Virus record (IMG/VR): IMGVR_UViG_3300026023_000352 | Span: 28,133 to 92,132 of that record | DNA: 64,000 bases | Direction: 5' to 3' (one strand) | Source of the DNA: a virus | Taxonomy: Duplodnaviria > Caudoviricetes | In this document: piece after piece, positions 27,539-38,000 of the stretch | How the letters are laid out: every line of letters begins with the position of its first letter | Numbering within the stretch: position 1 is the first letter of the stretch | Notes under the pieces: model-generated | What the model was told of the DNA's origin: nothing | What the model saw: only the letters and a program-made list of their open reading frames with translations | Databases searched by the model: none | Translations under genes and position numbers: made by a program

Positions 27539-28267
27539 ATGAAGCATCTCTCGTTTGTTATGGCGTATTACATGAACCCGGTCATGCTCGCATATCAATA
27601 CGACGTATGGGCCTCATATCCGGATAATCTAAAAGAACGGATTGATGTAGTTCTTGTTGATGATGGCAGTCCATCGGAATATGCGATCACGGTTCCTCGT
27701 CCGGATAATCTTCCGCCACTGAGAATCTACCGTGTACTAGTCGATAAGCCGTGGAACCAACACGGTGCCAGGAATCTTGGGGCGCGCGAGGCCGAGGGGC
27801 CGTGGCTATTCCTAACGGATATGGATCACGTTCTTTCTGCCGAGAGCCTTGAGCGGCTCCTTGAACGACGTAACGAGAATGTCGTTTATATGTTTGCTCG
27901 CGTTGACGCGCCAGATATGACGCCAACGCGGCGTCACGATGGAACAATGAAGCCGCATCCTAACACGTTCGCCATGACCAAAGAAATTTATTGGAAGATT
28001 GGCGGATACGATGAACGGTTTTGTGGAATTTACGGAACAGATAGCTTGTTCCGATCGCGAGCGGCGGCTCTCGCAAAATTCAGACATTTGGACGACGTAC
28101 CAATCATTCGGTATTCGCGCGAGATTATTGCTGATGCCTCGACTCGGACTTTGGCTCGCAAAGAGGGTCGCAGTGACGCAAAGCGTCGCTTGCTGGCGAA
28201 GATTGCCGCTGAGGGTAGCGTCGATAAAACAGAGACGCTGAAGTTTCCGTGGGAACGCGTGCTGTGA
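27539..28267 (+). CDS. GT-A glycosyltransferase (family 2/7-like)
   Basis: VLVDDGS, ARNLGA, LTDMD, IGGYDERF. Confidence 0.9.
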   Translation: MKHLSFVMAYYMNPVMLAYQYDVWASYPDNLKERIDVVLVDDGSPSEYAITVPRPDNLPPLRIYRVLVDKPWNQHGARNLGAREAEGPWLFLTDMDHVLSAESLERLLERRNENVVYMFARVDAPDMTPTRRHDGTMKPHPNTFAMTKEIYWKIGGYDERFCGIYGTDSLFRSRAAALAKFRHLDDVPIIRYSREIIADASTRTLARKEGRSDAKRRLLAKIAAEGSVDKTETLKFPWERVL

Positions 28268-28836
28268 TCCAGATCGATGCCCGAGGTCACGATCTTACGG
28301 TTGTTGCCTTCTCCGGCATGGCATCGAAAAACCGAATATACGAATGGACTCGGAGTTTTGATGGAGTCAATGCTAATTTCATCGGGGTTCGGGATGACGC
28401 CCGGCGCTGGTATCAATTTGAAACGTCTGACATTACTGAGGTCGTTCGTCGCGCTGTTGTGCGGGCGGGCGGCGCTCGAGTCATGACGATCGGGGCCTCA
28501 GCGGGCGGCTTTGCGGCGCTGCTGTTTGGTCGCATCTTGCAGGCTGATCGTATTCTGGTGTGGTCGCCACAGTCGGCCTGTGGGGCTGCAAAGCGGGCGC
28601 TGGGCGACGACCGCTGGCCTGACCTATGCAATTCGACGCCATCCTTTGATCTGGAGGACGTGTATCCGGAGGCTGTCGTGCATGTCGCCGCTGACGACCT
28701 AATGGATATGATGCACGCGCGCCGGCTGACGCCAGGTCGTCTGATCATCCATCCGGGTGGCGGGCACAATCTGCCGACTATGCTCAAGGAGTCTGGCGAA
28801 TTGCGGTGGATTTTGGACGAGGCGGTTGCTGCGTGA
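28264..28836 (+). CDS. alpha/beta hydrolase
   Basis: GASAGG nucleophile elbow; C-terminal GGHN. Confidence 0.8.
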   Translation: MIQIDARGHDLTVVAFSGMASKNRIYEWTRSFDGVNANFIGVRDDARRWYQFETSDITEVVRRAVVRAGGARVMTIGASAGGFAALLFGRILQADRILVWSPQSACGAAKRALGDDRWPDLCNSTPSFDLEDVYPEAVVHVAADDLMDMMHARRLTPGRLIIHPGGGHNLPTMLKESGELRWILDEAVAA

Positions 28837-29501
28837 ACATCGTCTCGTTCCTCGCGCCGCGCCAAGATCATCCGCGCTGGAATGACATTTATTTTGATCT
28901 GCTTGAGATCCTCGATCGCTCGTGCCGCCATCTTGGCCTTCGTCATGTGGTACTGACTGACGATCCGATGCTACCGCATGGCGAGCTATTCTGCCGGCCT
29001 CTACCGGCTGATCTGATGCAGGCCGCGACACAGGCGCACTTTGAATGGCTCGCTCAAGGCGATTGGCGCGGTAGCGATACATGCTTTGTTGGCGTTGACT
29101 GTATCGCTCTCCAAGATCCAACGCTTGCGTTATGCGGCAAGTTCGATATGGCCGTTACCTATCGTGACGCGCGTGCGAGATACCCAATAAATACCGGGAT
29201 GATCTATATCTCGGCTAACGCACGCGAGCGTGCTCGGGCGCTATTCAAGCGGGTTGCTGATCGCACCGGAACAACGTGGTGTGACGATCAGCGGGCAATA
29301 CAGGCTGAACTAGCGCCTATGCCAGATAGTCATGGCATCCACGACCGCGCGATGATGAAGGTCGGTTTCATACCGATGTTCTTATTTAATGAACGGCCGG
29401 ATGGGCTTTCCCCAATGCCAGGCCGCATCATGCTCCATTTTCGTGGGAAGATAGAGCGCAAGAAGCAGATGGTTGAATGGGCAGCGAAGTGGATAAAGTA
29501 A
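28833..29501 (+). CDS. nucleotide-diphospho-sugar transferase-like protein
   Basis: VLTD, INTGMI, DQRAI, MLHFRG motifs. Confidence 0.75.
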   Translation: MNIVSFLAPRQDHPRWNDIYFDLLEILDRSCRHLGLRHVVLTDDPMLPHGELFCRPLPADLMQAATQAHFEWLAQGDWRGSDTCFVGVDCIALQDPTLALCGKFDMAVTYRDARARYPINTGMIYISANARERARALFKRVADRTGTTWCDDQRAIQAELAPMPDSHGIHDRAMMKVGFIPMFLFNERPDGLSPMPGRIMLHFRGKIERKKQMVEWAAKWIK

Positions 29502-30181
29502 TTGATACTGACGACGCGCTGAAGGTCCGCCTTTCGATGGACGGCTATGCCCGGTTCCCGAACGGGGCAATGGTTCACAGGACCGCTGTGGTAGCCTCCT
29601 GGGTATCGCTTGGACCAGACTGCATCGTGCATCCCTTCGCGGTTGTTGGGCGCATTCCAAGCCGTAGCCGGTCACTCGCTCGCCAGCCTGCTGCTGCAGA
29701 ACATCTGGAGATTGGCTCCCGAACAGCGATTGGCTGTCACGCCGTCGTTTTTGCGGATGTCGATATTGGCAAGGATTGCCTGATTGGCGATTTCTCTCTG
29801 ATTCGAGAAGGAACTTTGATCGGAAATCTATGCGTCATTGGATGTCATGTTTCGATCAGCTATGATTGCGAAATTGCCGATCGTTGCGTGTTCCAAAATA
29901 GCACTGTATTCCACGGATCATGTGGTGAAGGCTGCTTTTTCGGAGTCGGCGTTGTCTGTTCGTCTGACCGTCGAGTCGATCTTGATAATTATGCTCATCA
30001 CGGTTCAACGCCTCCTATTATCGGCAAGCGCGTCATGATTGGTACTGGCGCTAATCTGATTGCTGGGATCAAGATTGGTGATGGCGCTAGGGTCGCTGCT
30101 GGTGCTATCGTTACGAAGGATGTCCCAAGCCAATGTTTGATGATTGGTCAAGCAGCATCAATACGTCATGTTCAAATCTAA
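29477..30181 (+). CDS. left-handed beta-helix acyltransferase
   Basis: Hexapeptide repeats; IGDGARVAAGAIVTKDVP. Confidence 0.9.
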   Translation: MGSEVDKVIDTDDALKVRLSMDGYARFPNGAMVHRTAVVASWVSLGPDCIVHPFAVVGRIPSRSRSLARQPAAAEHLEIGSRTAIGCHAVVFADVDIGKDCLIGDFSLIREGTLIGNLCVIGCHVSISYDCEIADRCVFQNSTVFHGSCGEGCFFGVGVVCSSDRRVDLDNYAHHGSTPPIIGKRVMIGTGANLIAGIKIGDGARVAAGAIVTKDVPSQCLMIGQAASIRHVQI

Positions 30182-30893
30182 TGAACTGTTAACCGTGCTC
30201 GTTTGGCTCTGGGCACAGCCGGATAGTTTCGGTGATTACACAGCGTATCATGTCAACGTATTTGCAGATATGGTGCGACGTAATCTGTCCATTCCGCACC
30301 GTATAGCCTGCGTAACCGATATTCCCGAGGGAATTGATCCTAGCATTACGATAATTCCTTCTCCTCGGGAATTTGAGGATGTACGTATTCCGACATGGAG
30401 AGAGCATAAGCCGCAATGCTTGCGGCGGCTCTCGATGTTCCGGAGAGATGCCGCAGAAATATTTGGACAACGTTTTGTCTGTATGGATCTCGATTGCGTA
30501 ATTTCTGGAACACTCGATTCACTATTCGAGACAGACGTGCCATTCAAGATGGCTTGCGGGACTCGCGAGGGCAGGCCGTACAATGGATCGATGATGCTGA
30601 TAACCGCTGGATCTCGGCCGCAGGTTTATGAGCAGTTTACCCCCGAGCGCGCCGTTGTGGCTGGCAAAAGATTTCTTGGCTCCGACCAGGCATGGATAAG
30701 CTACATCCTCGGGTCAGGAGAGCCAACGTGGGGTTCGGAGGATGGTGTGTGTTGGAGGGATTCTCCACTTCCTCAAGAGCAACGTCGTATTACGTTTTAT
30801 CCGGGATCACCTAAGCCGTGGGAAATTATTAAGTTTAACCCAAATAATTGGATAGCTAAGCACTATAGTCGCAGTATGACGGAGATAATATGA
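30168..30893 (+). CDS. glycosyltransferase
   Basis: CVTD, CMDLDCVI, YNGSMM, SDQAWI, PKPW. Confidence 0.85.
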   Translation: MFKSNELLTVLVWLWAQPDSFGDYTAYHVNVFADMVRRNLSIPHRIACVTDIPEGIDPSITIIPSPREFEDVRIPTWREHKPQCLRRLSMFRRDAAEIFGQRFVCMDLDCVISGTLDSLFETDVPFKMACGTREGRPYNGSMMLITAGSRPQVYEQFTPERAVVAGKRFLGSDQAWISYILGSGEPTWGSEDGVCWRDSPLPQEQRRITFYPGSPKPWEIIKFNPNNWIAKHYSRSMTEII

Positions 30894-31390
30894 AACGCAT
30901 TATTGTTTCTGTACTTGCGTTCGGCTTACTGGCCGCCACGCCCGCGCTCGCTTTCACGGGCCGCATTATCAATTTGGGTGATGCCGCGGTGTCGGCGGCA
31001 GTCACAAACCAGGTAATTACGAGCAGCGTATCGGCGCAGAGCGTAGCGATTGCATATGTGGATCGGCTGGAAGGCGCGCAGGCGCTTACATTCGAGGCAA
31101 ATTTTACATGGGGTGCTGGTGGCACTACGTTGAAGGTTGACCTTGAGACTTCTGTCGATCAAGGAACGAGCTGGTTGCCGATCTGCCGCATTGCGTTCAC
31201 GACAGCAAGCGCACTAAAGGTTGTTAATATTTCCGGTCTTACGCCGAAGATTGCGGCGATAACTCCGGCTGTTCCTTCGGATGACGCATGTACCGATGGT
31301 ATAATTGGAGAACGGTTTCGTGTGCGGATTACGAGCGTCGGTGTGTACACTGGAAATACATTAGTTTCGACGCGTGCGGCAGTACGCTAA
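30890..31390 (+). CDS. hypothetical protein with signal-peptide-like N-terminus
   Basis: MKRIIVSVLAFGLLAATPALA. Confidence 0.7.
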   Translation: MKRIIVSVLAFGLLAATPALAFTGRIINLGDAAVSAAVTNQVITSSVSAQSVAIAYVDRLEGAQALTFEANFTWGAGGTTLKVDLETSVDQGTSWLPICRIAFTTASALKVVNISGLTPKIAAITPAVPSDDACTDGIIGERFRVRITSVGVYTGNTLVSTRAAVR

Positions 31391-31738
31391 ATGCCCGTCG
31401 AGCGAACAAAATCCCTTTATGCACGAACGCTGAAGGAAACCGTCTTTATTCGCCGTTACACCGGCAGCGGTCCGAACAGGCCACTCTTCGACACGCCGGC
31501 CAGGGCGCGCGTCATGGGATACCAGCCCCATGAACTTGTTGGCACGATCCAGCAGGGCGACCGTAGGGCAATCGTATTCGTACCGGACCTCGTAGATGCT
31601 GGCTTCGCGCTACCCGTGACGAGCAACGACAAGCTCGTAGTGCGTGGGCGCGAGCTCACGATAATGACTCCCGATGACAACACCCGACGTGATGAGGATG
31701 AGCTGATTGCGTTGGAATTGCAGGTCAGAGGTCAATAA
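31391..31738 (+). CDS. head-closure/adaptor protein
   Basis: Position; ELVGTIQQGDRRAI...DKLVVRG...ELQVRG. Confidence 0.75.
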   Translation: MPVERTKSLYARTLKETVFIRRYTGSGPNRPLFDTPARARVMGYQPHELVGTIQQGDRRAIVFVPDLVDAGFALPVTSNDKLVVRGRELTIMTPDDNTRRDEDELIALELQVRGQ

Positions 31739-31742
31739 TTCG

Positions 31743-32036
31743 TTACAGTGGTCGGCTAATTACATATCCCCGCTCCCTCAGAGTAGAAATTAACTGCGCG
31801 TCTGTGAAATTCTTAATATCACTGAATGCGATAATGTCATTAGCATACAAGAAATCCATTACGAGCTTTTCTGTTTTCTTTCCAAAATTGCCGCCTTTCC
31901 ATAGCAGACTGATGACCTTCTGAGGGTCATCTGCTAACGCTTTCGATGGCGTGTCATAGCCAGCTCTCATGAGGCACCAAACTGCGCGAGTGTTCAGGCA
32001 CGTCAAGCGCCACGCTGGGTGAAACGATGTGTCCAT
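31743..32036 (-). CDS. RNA polymerase alpha-CTD-like protein
   Basis: LNTRAVWCLMRAGYDT...LLWKGGNFGKKTEKLVMDFL resembles the RpoA CTD pattern LSVRxxNCLxxAxIxT...LLKxxNFGxKSLxEI. Confidence 0.65.
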   Translation of the reverse strand: MDTSFHPAWRLTCLNTRAVWCLMRAGYDTPSKALADDPQKVISLLWKGGNFGKKTEKLVMDFLYANDIIAFSDIKNFTDAQLISTLRERGYVISRPL

Positions 32037-32069
32037 TTTAGCCTGTTTCCATTAGTCGAAGAGCCGATT

Positions 32070-32753
32070 ATGGCACGCTCCGCATTCGCGCGCACGATCC
32101 AGCTTCAGCTTGATAAATACTCTCCTGAGCAAGCGCGGATCAAGCATATCGAAATTGCCCGTAAGGGATTTGCCGCATTCTACGCGAGGCAAGAGGTTAA
32201 GCCTGAATATACCTTAGAAGTGGATGGGCATCCGGCTACATCCGAGGATGAGGTTAAGCAATATGGGATTATTGTTTATAAATTTAATAGACTGGGTGAG
32301 GTCGCGCAATTTGCGTTGGATGTTCTGATTGTTCGGGTTCGTAAGTTCTATCCTGGTAAGGATGAGAAAAGCTATATCAACAACTTCTTTGTCGGAATCA
32401 ACGGCAAGTTCATTGATGCGGAAGACTTCGATCCAAAACTTGTTCCGCCTCGCGCTGAAATCATTATCGGGAATAAGGTTCCGTTCAATCGTAAACTCGA
32501 CGTTCAGCGTGTCGGGGGCGAGGTTCTTTCATTTAAGATACCGGCAGGTCTATTTGATTTAGCTGCTCTCGTTGTAACTCGTGAGTATGGCAAGATAGTA
32601 ACTGTTAAGCGCAGCTATAATATACAACATCCAGATAAGCACGAGTTGATTCGAGAGCAGGAATACCTTTCAGGACCGCGCAAAGGCAAATCGCGTAAGC
32701 GGGCTGGAACGCTTGTCGAGAGTCCGGGGCTGGTGATTGTGTCGAGGGTGTAG
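32070..32753 (+). CDS. tail completion/neck protein
   Basis: Position; IIIGNKVPFNRKLD motif. Confidence 0.65.
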   Translation: MARSAFARTIQLQLDKYSPEQARIKHIEIARKGFAAFYARQEVKPEYTLEVDGHPATSEDEVKQYGIIVYKFNRLGEVAQFALDVLIVRVRKFYPGKDEKSYINNFFVGINGKFIDAEDFDPKLVPPRAEIIIGNKVPFNRKLDVQRVGGEVLSFKIPAGLFDLAALVVTREYGKIVTVKRSYNIQHPDKHELIREQEYLSGPRKGKSRKRAGTLVESPGLVIVSRV

Positions 32754-32867
32754 ACAAGTAAATGGTCCCCGGATTCGAACCGGCGCTTGTCGCGTACATC
32801 GACTCCTGAAGCGCTATTTGGAGATGATGCCGATAGCGACGTAAGGGACAAATTCCCTGTCACTCCA
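32753..32867 (-). ncRNA. structured intergenic element with a tRNA T-loop
   Basis: Minus strand GACAAG-CG-CCGG-TTCGAAT-CCGG-GGACCATTTA-CTTGTC, plus upstream hairpins (TGGAG/CTCCA, AGGGA/TCCCT). Confidence 0.4.
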
Positions 32868-32903
32868 GATCTTGATCTATAGCGGAACATAAGGCGGTAG
32901 TCA

Positions 32904-33347
32904 ATGAACTGGGATGCCGCCGAAGCCGCGATCCGATCGCGCATTGAGTCGCAATGGGCGAGTGGCGCTTTCTCCAGCATTCCCCTTGTCTTTGAGAATG
33001 AGCAGGCGCCGAATAGCCCGAGCTACATGGTTGTGATTTTTGAAGGATACGACGCGGAAAAGGGCATCTACGGCAGTGTAGGCAAAAGGTACTCTGTAGA
33101 CTTTGGTTTGGTACTTTTCCACTGCTTTATCCCAAGCGGATGGGGAAAGGCTGCCGCGTCCGCCCCAGTGCGAGCGCTGACGCAGATGATCGAGCTACAG
33201 ACTATCTCTGCGGCGATCGATATGGACAAAGGGTTGCCGCCCTCGCCTACTGATTATGGCGATCTATTGACGCCAGCCGGACAGCCGGACGGTAATTACT
33301 ATCGAATTTCTGGCCGCGTGTCGTTTATTATTCGCGGAAAGCTCTAG
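32904..33347 (+). CDS. tail terminator-like protein
   Basis: Directly upstream of the tail tube gene; IPLVFENE...G.G pattern. Confidence 0.7.
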   Translation: MNWDAAEAAIRSRIESQWASGAFSSIPLVFENEQAPNSPSYMVVIFEGYDAEKGIYGSVGKRYSVDFGLVLFHCFIPSGWGKAAASAPVRALTQMIELQTISAAIDMDKGLPPSPTDYGDLLTPAGQPDGNYYRISGRVSFIIRGKL

Positions 33348-33429
33348 AAAAACAATACACTGTTAATAAAGAACCCCGCGCGCCGCGGGCCTTCGGCGCT
33401 TGTTACAACTCTGCTGAAGGACGATACAG

Positions 33430-33906
33430 ATGGCTATTGCAGGTACACTCGGTGCACGGCTTTATACTAGTGCCACTGCTCTCACTAACACGGAATCCGC
33501 CGCTGATGCTATCGGCGATTTTACGGGCCTCACGATCGCTACTGAAATCGGCCTCATCGAGAGCATGGGAGAGTTTGGTAAGCTATACGATCTCGCCACC
33601 TTCCAGGCGGTAGGCGATGGTCGTATGAGGAAATTAAAAGGCGGTTTTAACGAGGGAAACTTAGCTCTTGTGTGTGGCCTTGATTTGTCTGATTCAGGTC
33701 AGGCCGCCTTGAAGACCTATGCTGACGCAGCAAACCAGAATGCCTATCCTTTTAAACTCACGATCGTCACTGAGTCCGGAACAGACACTTATTACTTCGG
33801 CTGCAAGGTCATGTCCTTTAGGACGGTTCTCGGCAGCGTCAACAATGTGGTCAAGGTGAATATCAGCTTGGAAATCACCACGGGCGTCTTTACCGACGCA
33901 TCGTAA
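33430..33906 (+). CDS. major tail (tube) protein
   Basis: IESMGEFG...DGRMRKLKGGFNEG...D.GQAAL...YPFKL. Confidence 0.88.
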   Translation: MAIAGTLGARLYTSATALTNTESAADAIGDFTGLTIATEIGLIESMGEFGKLYDLATFQAVGDGRMRKLKGGFNEGNLALVCGLDLSDSGQAALKTYADAANQNAYPFKLTIVTESGTDTYYFGCKVMSFRTVLGSVNNVVKVNISLEITTGVFTDAS

Positions 33907-34043
33907 GAATAATGCAGAACCGCGCCGACACGCGGTCGGGCTCGCTCGCAAGGGCGAGGTCTCGCGGGACGGGAGCGAAGCCGGGTGTCGGCCCAGCTTC
34001 GCTCTCTTCGCGTTTATCCAAATCCTCCGACAAGGATATCTCT

Positions 34044-34409
34044 ATGTCTAGACTGAATGCCGGTGAAACGGAAATAACTATCGGATCTGAAAAGCTGATC
34101 TTTCGCCCATCCCTTCGTGTTGCGAAAGATTTGAACAGAGTATTCGGCGCGCTCGGAAGCGTGATCGAAAAATTGCGGATTGCCGATTTAGACGCAGTAA
34201 ATTCGGTTATTAAAATTTGTGCCGGGATTGATGATAAGCGCTCTCGGTTAATTGAGGAATGGGTTTGGGAGGAGATGGGTCGCAGCGACACGTCATTTGG
34301 TGAGCTGTTGGGAAATCTCATTAACTTTGTCGCGCTTATTCAGCGAGGTGGTCGGCCTGTGTTTTTCGAGGGTGATGTCATCGAGGCGCGCGACCAGGGA
34401 AACGAATAA
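34044..34409 (+). CDS. tail assembly chaperone (G-like)
   Basis: RBS AAGGA; lies between tube and tape measure; ends QGNE* over a slippery site. Confidence 0.8.
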   Translation: MSRLNAGETEITIGSEKLIFRPSLRVAKDLNRVFGALGSVIEKLRIADLDAVNSVIKICAGIDDKRSRLIEEWVWEEMGRSDTSFGELLGNLINFVALIQRGGRPVFFEGDVIEARDQGNE

Positions 34410-34690
34410 CCATCGAGGATTATTATGACCGCCTCTATGAGCAGGCTGCCGGCTGGCTACCGTGGTCAGATGACCAAATCCTCGATTGCACGATAAGTCG
34501 TATTGAGATGGCGCTAAAAGGCAAGATCGACGTATTCAAAAAGACCTGGCCTTGGGGTCGGTCAAAAGAGGACGAAGAGGCCGAAGCATTTGCCAACATG
34601 CAGGCCGATCCAGGACTTGCGGCACAGCAGCTAAGTGCGATGTTTAAGGGTAGGCTGGCACGCGAGAAGCAGAGCCGGAAGAAGACGTAG
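34397..34690 (+). CDS. -1 frameshift extension of the chaperone (GT-like)
   Basis: G GGA AAC at 34397-34403. The -1 frame is open: KRITIEDYYDRLYEQAAGWLPWSDDQILDCTISRIEMALKGK... to 34690. Confidence 0.85.
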   Translation, partial: GKRITIEDYYDRLYEQAAGWLPWSDDQILDCTISRIEMALKGKIDVFKKTWPWGRSKEDEEAEAFANMQADPGLAAQQLSAMFKGRLAREKQSRKKT

Positions 34691-34697
34691 GTGCATC

Positions 34698-34928
34698 ATG
34701 GCACGGTCGCGCAAAAAGACACCCGCTGGCGGCAATACGGTTGCCAAAAGCGATCAGCCCTGGAAGCGCCAATCCAGTCGCATTCTGCGGCGCCGCGTGC
34801 GTGAGGCCATCTGTGCTAGCCGGTTCGATGCCTTGCCTGATGAGCGCCTTGTTCGCGATCCCTGGACCTGGCCCAAAGACGGCAAGCAGTGGTACGGATT
34901 CAGCAATCCAAAGATGCTACGGAAATGA
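34698..34928 (+). CDS. small basic hypothetical protein
   Basis: MARSRKKTP...WPKDGK...KMLRK. Confidence 0.7.
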   Translation: MARSRKKTPAGGNTVAKSDQPWKRQSSRILRRRVREAICASRFDALPDERLVRDPWTWPKDGKQWYGFSNPKMLRK

Positions 34929-35097
34929 TCGTCTAGCGCACTTAGCATTGCTGCGATCCTAACTGATAGGCTCATTCCGACCGACCTCCTGCGGGAAGCG
35001 CCGCAGAGAGATCAACCTCTGACTCCGCCGATGATCTCAATCTGTTTTGCAGGAGGGTGCCGATGGTTGCTGTTAGCGCCTTCCGGGTGGGTTGAGC

Positions 35098-38000
35098 ATG
35101 GCTGACGAACGCGCAGTTATCGTACTTGGATTTGAGTCCTTACCGGGCAGCAAACAGGTTGTTGACAATCACAACAGAGACGGCAAGTCGCTCCAGGCTA
35201 CTGACGCTGCTGTCGGTAAAGCGGCTCAAGATCGCGCCGACAAGAGTGAAAAGGCCGCGCGTCGCCAGGAGGAAGTGGCCAAGAGGCTAACAAAGGTCAC
35301 AACGGAGGAGGCGGCAAAGCAGAAGGCTGCCGCCGAGTCTCTCAATAATATCATTTCGAACACGGAAAACAGTCCCGTCCGCGACCAGGCGAAGACGGAC
35401 CGATTCCTGGCCTCGATGGCTCGTGCGGCCGATCCACTTAGCGCCGCCTTGCGGAAGGCGCAGGGCGAAGTCTCTCGGCTCAGCGGTATAATTGCCAAAG
35501 GGATTGATGGCGAAGAAAAAGCTGCGCAAGCCACCCTTTCCTTAGCTGCAGCTAAGCTGAGGCTCGCCGATGCACAGCGCGCCGCGAACGTGGCCGCTGC
35601 CTCTGGCGAAAAAGGATTTTCCGCCCCAAACGATCTTACGAAATCAATTCGGGCGTATAGGGATCAGCTTGAGCCGACGCTGCCGATTCAGCGTGCTTTA
35701 TACGAAAACATCGCGCGTATTAACGCTGCCGCGGCGGTGCTGGGTGGAATATCTCAGGCGCAGCGAACAGACCTTATAAAGGCGGCGACTGACGAATATA
35801 CGAAACAGGTTCGGATCGTGACTGGCCTCGCAGAGAGGGAGCGTGCTGCCGCTGTTGCACAAAAGGATTTTTCGGAATCAATCCGGACATTTCGTGACCA
35901 GCTTAATCCAACGCTGCCACTTCTGCGCGCTTACTACGATGAGCTTTCTAAAATAAACGTTGCGGCAACGAAGTCCGGTGGGATAACGCCTGTTGAGGCC
36001 GACGCGCTGCGGACTCAGGCCAGGGCACGATTTGACACGAAAGTTGCGGATGTAGATGGGACAGCTTCCGCTCAGAAATATTTGGATGTTCTTGATCCGA
36101 CACTTCCGGTGTTGCGAGCATATAACGCGGAAGTAGACAAATTAGCCGAGCTTCAGAAGATAGGAAAGTTGAGCGCGCTTGAGGCCGCGGATGCCAATGC
36201 GATTCTCTCCACCTCATACGATAAGCTACTTCAAAAAGCCAATGGCTTTGATATTGCTGAGAAATTTCGCGATAAACAAGACCCGACGCGACTTGTAGAA
36301 CGAGCGCGTACTGAGACTCTGACTCAAATTAGTAAGGCTGTCGCGGCCCCAGGTGGCCTTACGCCAGTGGAAGAATCCGCTGCTATCAAAGCTGCGAACG
36401 AAGAATATGAAAAACAAATCAAGATAGTGACCGGCGTAAAAAAGGCTCAGGATGATGCAGCTACAGCCGAATCGGCGTATAGGAAACAACTTACCGCGGT
36501 AATAGATGAGCTTGATCCACTCGCGGCAGCGCAAAAGCGTTATAATGAGCAAGTCGATTTTATCAATCACGCAACGGCAAAGGGAGATATTGGCGTACCC
36601 CAAAGGGATGCCTTACTTGTCGCTTCTAAAAATAATCTCGATAAAAATATTGAGTCGCTAAATCGAAATTCGGCCGCAATGAGTCGTGGCAAAGTAAGCG
36701 CGCAGCAGATGCATTTTGCACTGCAACAGCTTACATTCCAGGCCAACGATGTAGCCACATCCCTAGCTTCTGGAATCTCGCCGGCCAGGACATTCGCGCA
36801 GCAGTTCGGCCAGATTGTTCAAGGATTTCAAGTAGCTGGCGGCCCCGCGAACGCTCTCAAAGCCATCGGAGAGGGCATTACGAAGCTGTTCACGCCGATG
36901 AAGATTTTAGGCGCAGGATTGATTACGGCTGGAGCTGGATTCGCGTTGCTTACAATTCGCGCATCTAGCGCCACAAGTAGCGTTCGTGAATTTGATGTTA
37001 TGCTGAAAGGCTTAGGAGATAGTAATCTAGCAAGCGGAACGGGGCTTGAGGCTTCCGCAAAACGATTGCGTGATGTCGGGCTTAGTGCGAGTGACGCGAG
37101 GGACAAGCTCAGGGAAGTCACTCGTGCCGGTCTTAATCCAGCAAACGCCGAACGAGTCGTTCGTACCGGGGAAAACCTGATTCCTGTTCTCGGTGATAAG
37201 GCTACGTCTGAATTAACATCAGCGTTATCTGGCGGTCTGGAAGAAACTATAAAATTCGGCTTGCAGTTGGATGTTTTAAAGGCCAAGCAAATTGAGACTT
37301 GGCGAGAAATGGCGCGTGGTGGGCAGACGGCGCTGGCTCTTAATCAGGCGTTTGCGGCGATCGAGAGTAGGGCAAAGGGCCTATCCAATGAGGCGCTTAG
37401 CCCCACTGGTCGATCCTTGCGTGAACTCGCAGTGAGTTGGAGTAACCTTCTCGACAAATGGAGTAATACCGGGCCAATAGTTGGTACTATAACAGTTCTA
37501 AACGATCTTGCTAAGGTATTGGAGAAGATTTCTAAGTTTGTAACCGGCGAGCAGGCCGCGACCGTTCTCGGCGCGTTAACCGGCGCCGTTGCGGGCACTG
37601 CGGTCGCTGGCCCAGCGGGCGCCGTTGTGGGTGGAGCCCTTGGCGCCGTTAGCGGGGCTTATATAGGCGCGCGTGGCGCAACGGGAACGCCTGTAGCGAC
37701 CGCTTCAATCCCAGCAGTCACTCAGGGCACAGCTACTACGGCAGCCTCCGCTGCCGCCGCTGACGCTGAATCTATGCTGGGGCTGAAAGAAGGCAAGGAC
37801 GCTTCTCGTATTCGGGAGTTTCTTGGCTGGTCGGATAATATGAGCCCTGACCAGATTGCTTGGTGCGCTGCCTTTGCAAATGCCGCCCTGGCACGACACG
37901 GAATATCCGGAACCGGGAGCAATGTTGCTAATTCATTCCTTAATTGGGGCACTACTGTAAGTGGATCTCCTCAAGCTGGAGATGTGCTTGTTCAATCACG

